DNA from: Candidatus Cloacimonadales bacterium
GTDB lineage: Bacteria > Cloacimonadota > Cloacimonadia > Cloacimonadales > JAIOQZ01
NCBI GenBank assembly: GCA_963674825.1
Contig: OY771587.1
Location: 288,001-352,000, forward strand
DNA: 64,000 nucleotides
Direction of reading: 5' to 3'
Below are positions 48,455-57,766 of this stretch, piece after piece; the first letter of the stretch is position 1, and every line of letters begins with the position of its first letter. The notes under the pieces are model-generated. The model saw nothing but the letters and a program-made list of their open reading frames with translations, ran no database searches and had not been told where the DNA came from. A program made the position numbers and the translations under genes.

Positions 48455-49047
48455 GTACGGTCAAAGAGCTTACCAAAGGCTTTGTAAAAGAAAACCCCGT
48501 CTTCGTGATGGCGCTGGGTATGTGCCCGACCCTCGCGGTTACCACATCGGTGGAAAACGCGATCGGTATGGGGCTGGCAGCCACCTTCGTGCTGATTTGC
48601 TCCAACATCATCATATCGCTCATCAAGAACCTGATCCCGAGTAAGATCCGCATCCCCTGCTACATCGTGGTGATCGCGTCCTTCGTGACCATCGTCGATA
48701 TGGCGATGCACGCATACGTACCCGCGCTCCACAAGAGCTTGGGGCTTTTCATCCCGCTCATCGTGGTGAACTGTATCATTCTTGGCCGTGCGGAAGCCTT
48801 CGCAAGCAAGAATAACGTATTTAAATCGATGCTCGACGGTATCGGAATGGGCCTTGGCTTCACGCTGGCGCTGGTCGTACTGGGCAGCATTCGCGAAGTA
48901 TTGGGCGCAGGTCAGTTCCTGGGCATGAACGTTCTTCCAGAAGCCTATCGCAACCTTCCGATGCTGGCTGCGATTCTGGCACCGGGCGCCTTCCTGACGC
49001 TCGGCCTGCTGATGGGGCTGATGGAAATCTTCAAGAAGAAGCAATGA
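48451..49047 (+). CDS. rnfE: Rnf complex subunit E
   Basis: ENPVF..LGMCPTLAV, RIP, PLIVVNCIILGRAE. Confidence 0.96.
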   Translation: MSTVKELTKGFVKENPVFVMALGMCPTLAVTTSVENAIGMGLAATFVLICSNIIISLIKNLIPSKIRIPCYIVVIASFVTIVDMAMHAYVPALHKSLGLFIPLIVVNCIILGRAEAFASKNNVFKSMLDGIGMGLGFTLALVVLGSIREVLGAGQFLGMNVLPEAYRNLPMLAAILAPGAFLTLGLLMGLMEIFKKKQ

Positions 49048-49076
49048 GCGAACTTCGGATAAACAAGGAGTAACGC

Positions 49077-49664
49077 ATGCAATTTATTGGAAGTATGTTT
49101 ACATTGGCGATCATGTCGATTTTCGTCAGCAACTTCGTGCTGTCCCGCTTCCTGGGACTCTGCCCCTACATCGGCGTTTCCAAGAAACTCGATTCGGCAG
49201 TCGGCATGGGTATGGCTGTGATCTTCGTCATGACACTCGCATCAACGATAACCTGGCTGATTCAATATTACCTGCTGGTTCCGAACAACCTCGGCTACCT
49301 GCAAACCATCGCATTCATCCTCACCATCGCAGCGCTGGTTCAGTTTGTGGAGATGGTGATCCAGAAGATGGCTCCGGCGCTTTACAAATCGCTGGGTGTC
49401 TTCCTTCCGCTGATCACCACCAACTGTGCCGTGCTGGGTGTGTCCATCCTCAACATCACCGAAGAATACACTTTCATCGGATCCGTCATGAACGGATTCT
49501 TCTCGGGTGTTGGCTTCACGCTGGTCCTCGTCCTTATGGCTGGTATCCGCGAACGTCTCGAGCAGGCGGAAGTCCCCGTAACGATGAAGGGAATGCCGAT
49601 CGCGCTGATCGTCGCTGGATGTATGGCGCTGGCTTTCGGCGGATTCGCCGGCTTCAAAATCTGA
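49077..49664 (+). CDS. rnfA: Rnf complex subunit A
   Basis: [27 protein letters not shown]. Confidence 0.96.
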   Translation: MQFIGSMFTLAIMSIFVSNFVLSRFLGLCPYIGVSKKLDSAVGMGMAVIFVMTLASTITWLIQYYLLVPNNLGYLQTIAFILTIAALVQFVEMVIQKMAPALYKSLGVFLPLITTNCAVLGVSILNITEEYTFIGSVMNGFFSGVGFTLVLVLMAGIRERLEQAEVPVTMKGMPIALIVAGCMALAFGGFAGFKI

Positions 49665-49680
49665 GGGATGAGGTGAGATT

Positions 49681-50568
49681 ATGATAGTTATAGCAATCGC
49701 GATCATCGGCGGACTGGGCTTGATCTTCGGCCTGGTGCTGGCATTTGCATCCCGTGTATTTCACGTTGAAGTCGATCCCAAGATCGAGCAGATCGGCGAA
49801 GTTCTTCCCGGCGCAAACTGCGGCGCTTGCGGCCTTCCCGGTTGCGGCGGTTACGCAGAAGCGATCGTCAGTGAAGGTGTCGCCATCAACCGTTGCGCTC
49901 CCGGCGGAGCAGATGTGGTTGAGAAAATCGCGCAGATCATGGGCATGACAGCAGACGCTGCCGATCCCAAGATCGCGGTGATCCACTGCCAGAGCGGCGG
50001 TAAGAACAACACCTTCTTCCGCTACGAATACGAAGGTATCAAAACCTGTAAGGCTGCGGTCACCCTCTCAAACGGTCCCAACCTCTGCGACTTTGGTTGC
50101 GTGTTCCAAAACGACTGTATCGAAGCCTGTCTGTTCGACGCCATATCCCTGGATGAGAACGGCATGCGTGTCATCGACAAAGAGAAGTGTACCGGCTGTG
50201 GCGCTTGCGTCAAGGCTTGTCCACGTAACCTGATCGAACTTGTGGACAAAAAGAAGCGCGTTCACGTGCTCTGCATGTCCCACGACAAAGGCGCAATCGC
50301 CAAGAAGAAATGCGGCAACAGCACCGCCTGTATCGCATGTACTCTCTGCGTGAAGAAATGCCCGAAAGACGCGATCAGCATCGTCGATAACGTCGCTGTA
50401 ATCGACTACGACAAGTGTATCAATTGCGGCATGTGCGCCGATGTCTGCCCGACAGGCGCGATCTTCGATCCGCTCAAGGAAATCCGCGCCGAGAAAAAGG
50501 CCGCTGCCCTGGCGAAAGCCGAAGCAGCCAAGAAAGCGCTGGAAGAAAAGCAGAAACAAGAAGCTTAA
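49681..50568 (+). CDS. rnfB: Rnf complex subunit B (polyferredoxin)
   Basis: [14 protein letters not shown], multiple CxxCxxCxxxCP. Confidence 0.96.
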   Translation: MIVIAIAIIGGLGLIFGLVLAFASRVFHVEVDPKIEQIGEVLPGANCGACGLPGCGGYAEAIVSEGVAINRCAPGGADVVEKIAQIMGMTADAADPKIAVIHCQSGGKNNTFFRYEYEGIKTCKAAVTLSNGPNLCDFGCVFQNDCIEACLFDAISLDENGMRVIDKEKCTGCGACVKACPRNLIELVDKKKRVHVLCMSHDKGAIAKKKCGNSTACIACTLCVKKCPKDAISIVDNVAVIDYDKCINCGMCADVCPTGAIFDPLKEIRAEKKAAALAKAEAAKKALEEKQKQEA

Positions 50569-50583
50569 GGATATACATCCCAC

Positions 50584-50617
50584 AAAGCCCCCTCTTCAAA
50601 CGAAGCGGGGGCTTTTT
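50584..50617 (+). terminator. Intrinsic terminator of rnf operon
   Basis: AAAGCCCCC..GGGGGCTTT stem plus T-run. Confidence 0.8.
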
Positions 50618-50625
50618 CTATCCCC

Positions 50626-50653
50626 CTGGGTACGCGGACGTCCTCGTCCGCAT
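50626..50653 (+). repeat. REP-like palindrome, family B (left of GIY-YIG gene)
   Basis: CTGGGTACGCGGACGTCCTCGTCCGCAT, with internal GCGGACG/CGTCCGC stem. Confidence 0.8.
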
Positions 50654-50758
50654 TTTCAATGCCTCGCTATGTTTGTTTCAATTTATTGATTTATATTTTG
50701 ATTGACAATCATATTAATTATTTCGTATATATATCCATTAAAACAAAAGGAGCACATC

Positions 50759-51388
50759 ATGATTACACATTATGGGCTATTCTGGTCAGAGAAAGATGTT
50801 TTCTGGGGACGGCAGAGAAATTCAGGTGAAATGTTAGGAAAAACCAGCGCAGTACTCGATACACCTGGCGCTCCAAGAATTAATGAGCAGAATACTCCTG
50901 AAAATTTTGGAGATTATATCGGGGTCTATTGTCTATTCCGGGATGGAGAACTGATTTATGCAGGACAAGCTGGTGTTAAAGAGTGGAACGGAAAGAAAAC
51001 AAAGCAAACAATATTTAAGAGACTGAGATCACATAAAACAGGACCGTTAGCGAATAGCTGGGACTCATTCTCATGGTTTGGGCGTAAGTCCAATGAGGAT
51101 GAAATTGACAATGTAGATGCACATCTAGCCCTTACTCAACTTGAAGCAATTATTATTGCTATAGTGAATCCTGGTTCTAACAAACAATCTGGTGCATTCA
51201 AAGATGCGACTCAAGTTTATCAAGTCCGCCATCCAAAGCTAGAAGACGATGTATTTACTAAAGTAAAGAGCATCGAGAGAGATATAAAGACTATAATCGA
51301 TACCCTCAGCAAACTCAACATCTCTCAGCAAATCACCCTCCCTAACACCGCAGAAACAAAGAAGAGCAAAAGTAATAGCAATAAGTGA
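50759..51388 (+). CDS. GIY-YIG family endonuclease
   Basis: GVYCL..YAGQA, KRLRSH, QLEA, NPGSNKQ; AAGGAG RBS; AT-rich. Confidence 0.85.
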   Translation: MITHYGLFWSEKDVFWGRQRNSGEMLGKTSAVLDTPGAPRINEQNTPENFGDYIGVYCLFRDGELIYAGQAGVKEWNGKKTKQTIFKRLRSHKTGPLANSWDSFSWFGRKSNEDEIDNVDAHLALTQLEAIIIAIVNPGSNKQSGAFKDATQVYQVRHPKLEDDVFTKVKSIERDIKTIIDTLSKLNISQQITLPNTAETKKSKSNSNK

Positions 51389-51418
51389 TTATCAAACAAA
51401 GGCTTGGCGATCCAGGAG

Positions 51419-51447
51419 ATGCAGACTTGGACGTCCGCGTACCCAAG
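51419..51447 (-). repeat. REP-like palindrome, family B, inverted (right of GIY-YIG gene)
   Basis: Reverse complement CTTGGGTACGCGGACGTCCAAGTCTGCAT matches the copy at 50626. Confidence 0.8.
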
Positions 51448-51454
51448 AAGAAAG

Positions 51455-52186
51455 TCAATACCCGATATTGAACGCGAAGCCCAGGTGCCGGGCATCGTAG
51501 TATGGCACAACCATGCAGTACGAGCTGAGTTTCATCTCATCGTGTATCAGATAGGCAAGCTTGGTGCAGATCATCCCGATACCGGCCCCCGCAGAGACAT
51601 CCGAAAGCCAATGGCGGTTGTTGTACATCCTGAAAATACCGGTTCCTGCCGCGACCGCATACGCCGTGACGCCATACCATATCGAGACATCCTTGTACTC
51701 TTGGTAAACAAACTCCGCGCCCATGAACGCCGTGGCTGTGTGACCCGATGGAAACGAGTCTCTCGATGAGCCGTCCGGCCTTTTCACTCGCGTCGTCCTT
51801 TTCAGACTTAGCACCGTTACGCCCATCATGGCGTAGGCAGTTCCGAGAACGCAGGTGCGATCCTTGAAGCGATTCTTACCCTCAATGCCCATCGCGTTCA
51901 GAGCATAGACCGACAGAAATGGTACGTACTGTGAGATATCGTCAATGGTGAACTTATCGTCGATATTCTCATTGACTTCTTCTCTGATCTCTTTGTTGTA
52001 AAACTTAAGTTGCTCGCTCTCGAGCCCGATTACACCATAGCCAATCAGAGCTATCGGTATGATATATGACGCTTCATCGCTACGCAAAAACTTGCTGAAT
52101 GCGGTTGTGTCACATGCTGCCTCCTGACAATTAAGTAAGGAAGATGTAATCAGGAGCAAAGAGATGAGCAAAGCTGATAATTTCAT
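51455..52186 (-). CDS. PAP2 family phosphatase
   Basis: KRTT..KRP, SFPSGH, RMYNNRHWLSDV. Confidence 0.92.
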   Translation of the reverse strand: MKLSALLISLLLITSSLLNCQEAACDTTAFSKFLRSDEASYIIPIALIGYGVIGLESEQLKFYNKEIREEVNENIDDKFTIDDISQYVPFLSVYALNAMGIEGKNRFKDRTCVLGTAYAMMGVTVLSLKRTTRVKRPDGSSRDSFPSGHTATAFMGAEFVYQEYKDVSIWYGVTAYAVAAGTGIFRMYNNRHWLSDVSAGAGIGMICTKLAYLIHDEMKLSSYCMVVPYYDARHLGFAFNIGY

Positions 52187-52235
52187 ATCGCCAAATCCCC
52201 AGTTGGTAACGATTTCAGAATTCTATTCTTATGGA

Positions 52236-53588
52236 TTACAACTCAGTGCCGTCGATGATGGATTTGACGCGTTTGAGCAGGTCGCGTAGCTTGAATGGCT
52301 TCTGCATGAAATGTGTACCCTCGATAAGGATACCGTTTTTTGCGATCATGTCGTCAGTATAGCCGGACATAAAAAGGATCTTGGTTTTAGGAACAGCCTC
52401 GAGAATCTGCGCAGCCATGGCTTTGCCGCTCATCTGCGGCATGATAAGATCTGAGACGATCATCGCCACGCAATGCTTGTTCTCGAGCATTCGTCTGACG
52501 CCTTCCTCTCCGTTTCTGGCCTCGATAATATGGTATCCCTGATTGGAAAGCGCTTCCGATATTAGCTGACGCACATCGTCTTCATCTTCGACCACCAGGA
52601 TCGTCTCCGTACCGTGAATTTTCAACGGCTCGAATTTATACTGATCCAGCGGTTCAGCGTCTTCAAACACGCGCGGCAGGTAGATTTTGAATGTGGTACC
52701 CAAACCAGTTTCGCTATAAACCCATATCTGTCCGCCGGATTGACGTACGATGCCCCAGACCATCGCAAGGCCCAGCCCCGAGCAACGATTTTTGTCTTTT
52801 GTTGTGAAGAACGGATCGAAGATCTTGTCCTGCGTCTCTTTATCGATGCCGACGCCATTATCTGAAACTGCCAGCATCACGTAATTACCCGGGCTTACAT
52901 CCGGATGAGAATTGAGATACTGACCGTCGAACTGCACATTGGCGGTCTCGACCGCGAGCGTTCCACCATTGGGCATCGCGTCACGGGCGTTGAGAATGAG
53001 ATTTGTCATGACCTGCTCGATCTGTCCGGGATCAGCTTTCACATTGCCGAGGTTCTCATCCAGTACGATATCGACCACAATATCCTCACCGATCAGTCGC
53101 ATGAGCATATCGCTTACATCCTGCACCAGTTGGTTCAGGTTGAATACACGCGGTTGCAATACCTGTTTGCGGCTAAACACCAGTAGCTGGTTCGTAAGTG
53201 CTGAAGCACGGCCCACAGCCCGGTTCAGCTGGTCGATGTGGCGGTAGTTGGTCGTCGTGGGGTCGGCTGTCTGCATCAGGATTTCAACGGTCCCCTGCAT
53301 CACGGTGAGAAGATTGTTAAAATCGTGCGCGATACCGCCGGCAAGAAGCCCGACAGCTTCCATCCGCTGCGAGTGCCGCAGAATGTCGTGAAGCCGCTTC
53401 TGCTCCTGCTCCTGCTTCTCTATCTGAAGCAGGTTATCGAAATATTGTTCCTGTGTTGATTCGAATTCCTGCCGCGTAAGCATATTCTCATTTTGAACGT
53501 GCTTGAGCTGAATTTCAAGGTCTTCTATACGCTGCTGCAGCTTGCTGATCAGGCGCTCATTGTCTTTTCGTATTGCCCTGCGCTTCAT
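52236..53588 (-). CDS. Cytoplasmic hybrid histidine kinase (HisKA-HATPase-REC, CckA-like)
   Basis: GGIAHDFNNLL, NARDAM, DNGVG, FFTTK, GLGL, REC VVEDE..SDLIMP..QKPF; ATG 53588 overlaps the HDOD stop. Confidence 0.93.
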   Translation of the reverse strand: MKRRAIRKDNERLISKLQQRIEDLEIQLKHVQNENMLTRQEFESTQEQYFDNLLQIEKQEQEQKRLHDILRHSQRMEAVGLLAGGIAHDFNNLLTVMQGTVEILMQTADPTTTNYRHIDQLNRAVGRASALTNQLLVFSRKQVLQPRVFNLNQLVQDVSDMLMRLIGEDIVVDIVLDENLGNVKADPGQIEQVMTNLILNARDAMPNGGTLAVETANVQFDGQYLNSHPDVSPGNYVMLAVSDNGVGIDKETQDKIFDPFFTTKDKNRCSGLGLAMVWGIVRQSGGQIWVYSETGLGTTFKIYLPRVFEDAEPLDQYKFEPLKIHGTETILVVEDEDDVRQLISEALSNQGYHIIEARNGEEGVRRMLENKHCVAMIVSDLIMPQMSGKAMAAQILEAVPKTKILFMSGYTDDMIAKNGILIEGTHFMQKPFKLRDLLKRVKSIIDGTEL

Positions 53589-54442
53589 CCGAACCATCCC
53601 GCATTTTCCATTTTCTTGATCTCTGCAACAACTTCCTGAATGATATAATCCGTGGCCTTTTCCTTGATATCGAGATGACTCAGGCACCTTCTGAACATAA
53701 GCCTGTTACCATATGGCGTATCGCAGAAGCCAATTCCGTGACCCTGGCAAAGGTAATCCGCCATATATAGCGTCTGGACGATCCTGCCGATCTCGTTATC
53801 TGCCTTGAAGGGAGCGTGATGGAAGCGAACAGCCGAAACCAGATCGACCGGTAAGTTCCAGTTTTCGAGAAGGTCACCGGCTATTATAGCATGATTGTAT
53901 CCGAATACGCTGCTCTCAGCGTTGAGTATATTATCTTTCATCATGGGTTTGATATCGATCACTTCAAGAAACTGATTGTGCATGAATTGGTCTTCAACCA
54001 CAATCCCAATATTGTGCAAAATACCGGCGGCATATGCCTCTTCACCTTTGTGACCGAACTCCTGACGGTAAATGAACTTCGCACACAGCGCTACAGCAAC
54101 GCTGTTTTTCCAGAGCTCCATGCGCGAGAATCCATCTCTGCGCGTCCCATATTCGAACAGTTCACAGACTTTCTGGGATAGCGTAAGTTCTTTGACGACG
54201 TCAAACCCGACACGAACAATTGCCTGCCGGATCTCCGATATTTTTCGTGTGGATCCATAAAAAACGGAGTTGGCCCTGCGAAGGATTTTCCCGGATAGTG
54301 GTGGATCACGCTCAATTAACTCGGTAAGCTGCTTTGCACTGGTATGGGGATCTCCGACTAATCGCAGGATCTCGACGATCGAATTACGTATCGACGCGAT
54401 ATCGGACTGGTTAACCAGTTGTATCAGCTCTTGCAAATTCAT
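53585..54442 (-). CDS. HDOD domain protein
   Basis: IERDPPLSGKILRRANS, AIVRVG, AGILHNIG, FGYNHA, WNLP, FHH. Confidence 0.92.
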   Translation of the reverse strand: MNLQELIQLVNQSDIASIRNSIVEILRLVGDPHTSAKQLTELIERDPPLSGKILRRANSVFYGSTRKISEIRQAIVRVGFDVVKELTLSQKVCELFEYGTRRDGFSRMELWKNSVAVALCAKFIYRQEFGHKGEEAYAAGILHNIGIVVEDQFMHNQFLEVIDIKPMMKDNILNAESSVFGYNHAIIAGDLLENWNLPVDLVSAVRFHHAPFKADNEIGRIVQTLYMADYLCQGHGIGFCDTPYGNRLMFRRCLSHLDIKEKATDYIIQEVVAEIKKMENAGWFG

Positions 54443-54794
54443 TTCGGCGTATGCTCCACTTACAAATTCGTTGTTTTTGCAGATAATTACGATATCCCCG
54501 GGAAATTGTATTGAAATTACTCGATTCACATAAACGTGTCAATACTTTTTCTAATAGAAATGAACGTAACAAACAATATTCGGAATCGAATAATTCGAAG
54601 AATGACGTTACTCTGAACATTTTTCATCAGAACTTGCCACCATACTATATGACAACCTGATTTATATTCATTTTACTGTCAACCGTTTACTACAAACAGC
54701 AGGCCAGTTGATACCACATATTCTGTAATCTTTTCCTTGCCATGCCGTTTTACATGTGGAAAATGACATTTATTCTGAAGAAAAGGGGTTGTGC

Positions 54795-57626
54795 ATGATC
54801 AGAAAACAAAGCTTCAGCAGGATGCTACTGCTGACGATCATGATTATTACTACAGGCAGCGTGTTTGCATCAGGACTTGGCTACAATACGGCCCATAAAG
54901 TCAAATTGCTGTCTCGAGCCAGCTCGAATCGTACGGATATCGAGCTGATGAGCGAAGATTTCTCCGAAGGACTCGTAAACTGGGAACAACACGACGGAAC
55001 TTCGCCATACTACTGGAGCGAATGGTGGCACACAACATCGACTGGCGCATACGAAGGTGATTCCTGGTGGATGGGCGACGAAGATATCGTTGGCTATGAA
55101 AATCACAGGTATCTCGTTCTGGATACACCGGATGTTACTCTCCCCAGCCAGAATCCGACTCTTTCATTCATGCTCTCGTACAACCTCGAGCCTGGGAGCG
55201 AATATGAAGATTACGACGCATGGGACGGCTTCAACGTACGCATTAGCGACGACGAAGGTCTGACGTGGCAGGTCATCAACGGATCTCCCGCTTATACATC
55301 TTCGAGCTGCTACGGCTTCGGAAACGTCTTCGAAGAAGGGACCGGTGTTCCGGGCTGGACTGGAGACTCCGACGGCTGGCAACAAGCAAGCTTCAACCTT
55401 AACAGCTGGGCTGGGCAAAGCATACGTATCCGTTTCGCTTTTGCATCGGACGACAACTCCTGCACAACCGACGAAGACGGTAATTCCGAATGGTTCGGCG
55501 CACGCATCGACAACATAGACGTCGCTGGTGTTTTTACATCCAACGCCGATGGTGCCGAAGGCGACAGCCAGATGGTTCCGGCATTCAACATCGACATGAG
55601 CGGTGACTACTGGGAAGCTGTCACTGGCTATGACGGCGGACTCTCAGCCCACTGCCCCATCGAAAACAACCTCGTTGACGAGCTGATCTCTGCGTCAGTA
55701 TCCCTGCCTTCGGGCTACAATTGCTACCTCTCCTATCGCGCGCTTTGGGATCTTCCAGATTTCGACAGCGATAACGATGGCATGCTCGATGACTATTATG
55801 CCGTATATGTTAAAGGCGTGAACGAATACAGCTGGACTCGCATTCATTACAATTACTCTGACGGATCGCAACCAGCCTGGACGCTCATCGACAATAATTA
55901 CGCACAAAGCCACTTCCAGGCCAACGGAGGCGATTGCGACCTCTCGGTGTGGGCCGGCGAGACAATACAGATTAAATTCCAGCTTAATTCAGATGGCGAC
56001 GGTAATGCCGAAAACGCCAGCGGACTCTTTATCGACGACGTGAAGGTCTATTATCCGGTTGCGCTTCCCGTGCCCGAAAACCTCCAGAGCTATAACTCCG
56101 GTCAGACTGTCCAGCTTCTGTGGGACAATCCGGTTGGCGAAGCCGAGAATGGATGGCTTTTCTGGGACGATGGTGATATCGACAGCTATGTGGGGCTTGA
56201 CGCTCCCGCTGATTTCGAGGTCTGCGCACGATTCTTCGTTGAAGACCTTCTCCCCTATGTCGGTGGATCGATTACCCGTATCAAGTTCGCACCCGGCGAA
56301 GAAGACTGCGATTACTGGGTAAGAATCTGGGACGGATCTGGAAACATCCTGCGCGATCAGCAGGTCATGTATCCCGTTATCGGTGGCTGGAATCTGACAA
56401 TCCTTCAGGAACCGCTCGAGATCGAATTCGGGCAGGTTTTGTGGATTGGCTACCGGGCTCTTACAGAGACTGGACACCCCTGCGGAATGGATGCAGGTCC
56501 GTTTGTCGATGATCGCGGTGCATTTATCCGCATCGATGGCGGTGAATGGGCATCTCTTCCTGATGCATCGGAGCCAACGATCGACGCCAACTGGAATATT
56601 GAAGCTCTTGTAGAAACCGGCGATGGCCGTGCACTCCCAACTCTCTCCAAACGTACGAGTAGCTCCAATCGCTCCCTGAATGGCTATGAAGTCTATCGCA
56701 GAACCGTTGGAGGCAGCTATGGCGATCCGATCGTAACCATCGACAATGCAGACAACACATTCTATATCGACACCAATCCACCGGTCAATACACCGATCGA
56801 GTATGCAGTAACCGCAATTTTTGATGAGGGCACATCCGATTATTCAATTCCGGTAAGTAGCTTTATGCTGGCTCAAACAGCTATCGAATACAAGCACGAC
56901 GACGGAAATATGGAGTCATCCATTGAGCCGGGCTCAGGCGAGGAAATCGCGGTTTCGTTCGATATGGCGGAAGCACGACAACTCAAATACCTGCGCATTT
57001 ATCTGAACGAAGTCGGAAATCTACCGTTGGTGATCAAGCTTCGCTACACAGACGACGCGACCGGTATGCCGTCTAACGAAATCGACGACTTCGCGGTCCC
57101 AGCGGACGAACTAACAACCGGATGGAATTATATTCAGTTCCCGGGCATGCCGGTTCTGGAGGAAGGAAGCTATTGCATCGGCGTCATGGGGACTCCTCAA
57201 GTGTGCGCAATCGGTGAGGACACTACCGACCCGACAGGCTACAGCTTCTTTATGGATGGCAATTCCTGGGAGATCAACGACACCGGCAACTACATGCTGC
57301 GCGTGATCGCCGATACGCAGGTCGCGAACGACGACCCAGCCATTGTCAAGCCGGATTTCGCGTTCTCCAACCATCCTAATCCGTTCAATCCCGAGACAAA
57401 CTTCTCATTCTACCTCAGCCAGCCCGAAGAGGTCAAGCTCGAGGTGTTCAACATCCGCGGACAGAAAGTTATCACCCTGACGGATCAACACTTCGATGCC
57501 GGCCAGCACACCATAAACTGGAATGGCAAGGACCACTCCGGCAAAGCGGTCTCCGGCGGTGTTTACCTATCCCGCCTCACGACGAAATCGAATTCTGCGA
57601 TGCGTAAGGTGTTGCTTTTAAAATAG
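54795..57626 (+). CDS. Secreted multidomain protein (immune-inhibitor/adhesin-like jelly-rolls, Fn3, FlgD-Ig/T9SS-like CTD)
   Basis: Signal peptide; WDGFNV.IS..WTG..IRIRFAFASD; GYEVYR..YAVTAIF Fn3; NHPNPFNPET..KVLLLK. Confidence 0.85.
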   Translation: MIRKQSFSRMLLLTIMIITTGSVFASGLGYNTAHKVKLLSRASSNRTDIELMSEDFSEGLVNWEQHDGTSPYYWSEWWHTTSTGAYEGDSWWMGDEDIVGYENHRYLVLDTPDVTLPSQNPTLSFMLSYNLEPGSEYEDYDAWDGFNVRISDDEGLTWQVINGSPAYTSSSCYGFGNVFEEGTGVPGWTGDSDGWQQASFNLNSWAGQSIRIRFAFASDDNSCTTDEDGNSEWFGARIDNIDVAGVFTSNADGAEGDSQMVPAFNIDMSGDYWEAVTGYDGGLSAHCPIENNLVDELISASVSLPSGYNCYLSYRALWDLPDFDSDNDGMLDDYYAVYVKGVNEYSWTRIHYNYSDGSQPAWTLIDNNYAQSHFQANGGDCDLSVWAGETIQIKFQLNSDGDGNAENASGLFIDDVKVYYPVALPVPENLQSYNSGQTVQLLWDNPVGEAENGWLFWDDGDIDSYVGLDAPADFEVCARFFVEDLLPYVGGSITRIKFAPGEEDCDYWVRIWDGSGNILRDQQVMYPVIGGWNLTILQEPLEIEFGQVLWIGYRALTETGHPCGMDAGPFVDDRGAFIRIDGGEWASLPDASEPTIDANWNIEALVETGDGRALPTLSKRTSSSNRSLNGYEVYRRTVGGSYGDPIVTIDNADNTFYIDTNPPVNTPIEYAVTAIFDEGTSDYSIPVSSFMLAQTAIEYKHDDGNMESSIEPGSGEEIAVSFDMAEARQLKYLRIYLNEVGNLPLVIKLRYTDDATGMPSNEIDDFAVPADELTTGWNYIQFPGMPVLEEGSYCIGVMGTPQVCAIGEDTTDPTGYSFFMDGNSWEINDTGNYMLRVIADTQVANDDPAIVKPDFAFSNHPNPFNPETNFSFYLSQPEEVKLEVFNIRGQKVITLTDQHFDAGQHTINWNGKDHSGKAVSGGVYLSRLTTKSNSAMRKVLLLK

Positions 57627-57669
57627 TAGAATGGAGACAGGAGTCTGAAGACTGAATAAAAGATTGAGA

Positions 57670-57699
57670 GCCGCTCATCGTTGGATGGGCGGTTTTTTT
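57670..57699 (+). terminator. Intrinsic terminator
   Basis: GCCGCTCATC/GATGGGCGGT stem plus T-run. Confidence 0.8.
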
Positions 57700-57718
57700 T
57701 ATTGAGAATGCAGGCATT

Positions 57719-57746
57719 AAAAAAGGCAGTCGCGATGGACTGCCTT
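57719..57746 (-). terminator. Intrinsic terminator of sppA
   Basis: AAGGCAGTC/GACTGCCTT stem with A-run on + strand. Confidence 0.75.
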
Positions 57747-57766
57747 ATATCATTTTCGAATCGATT

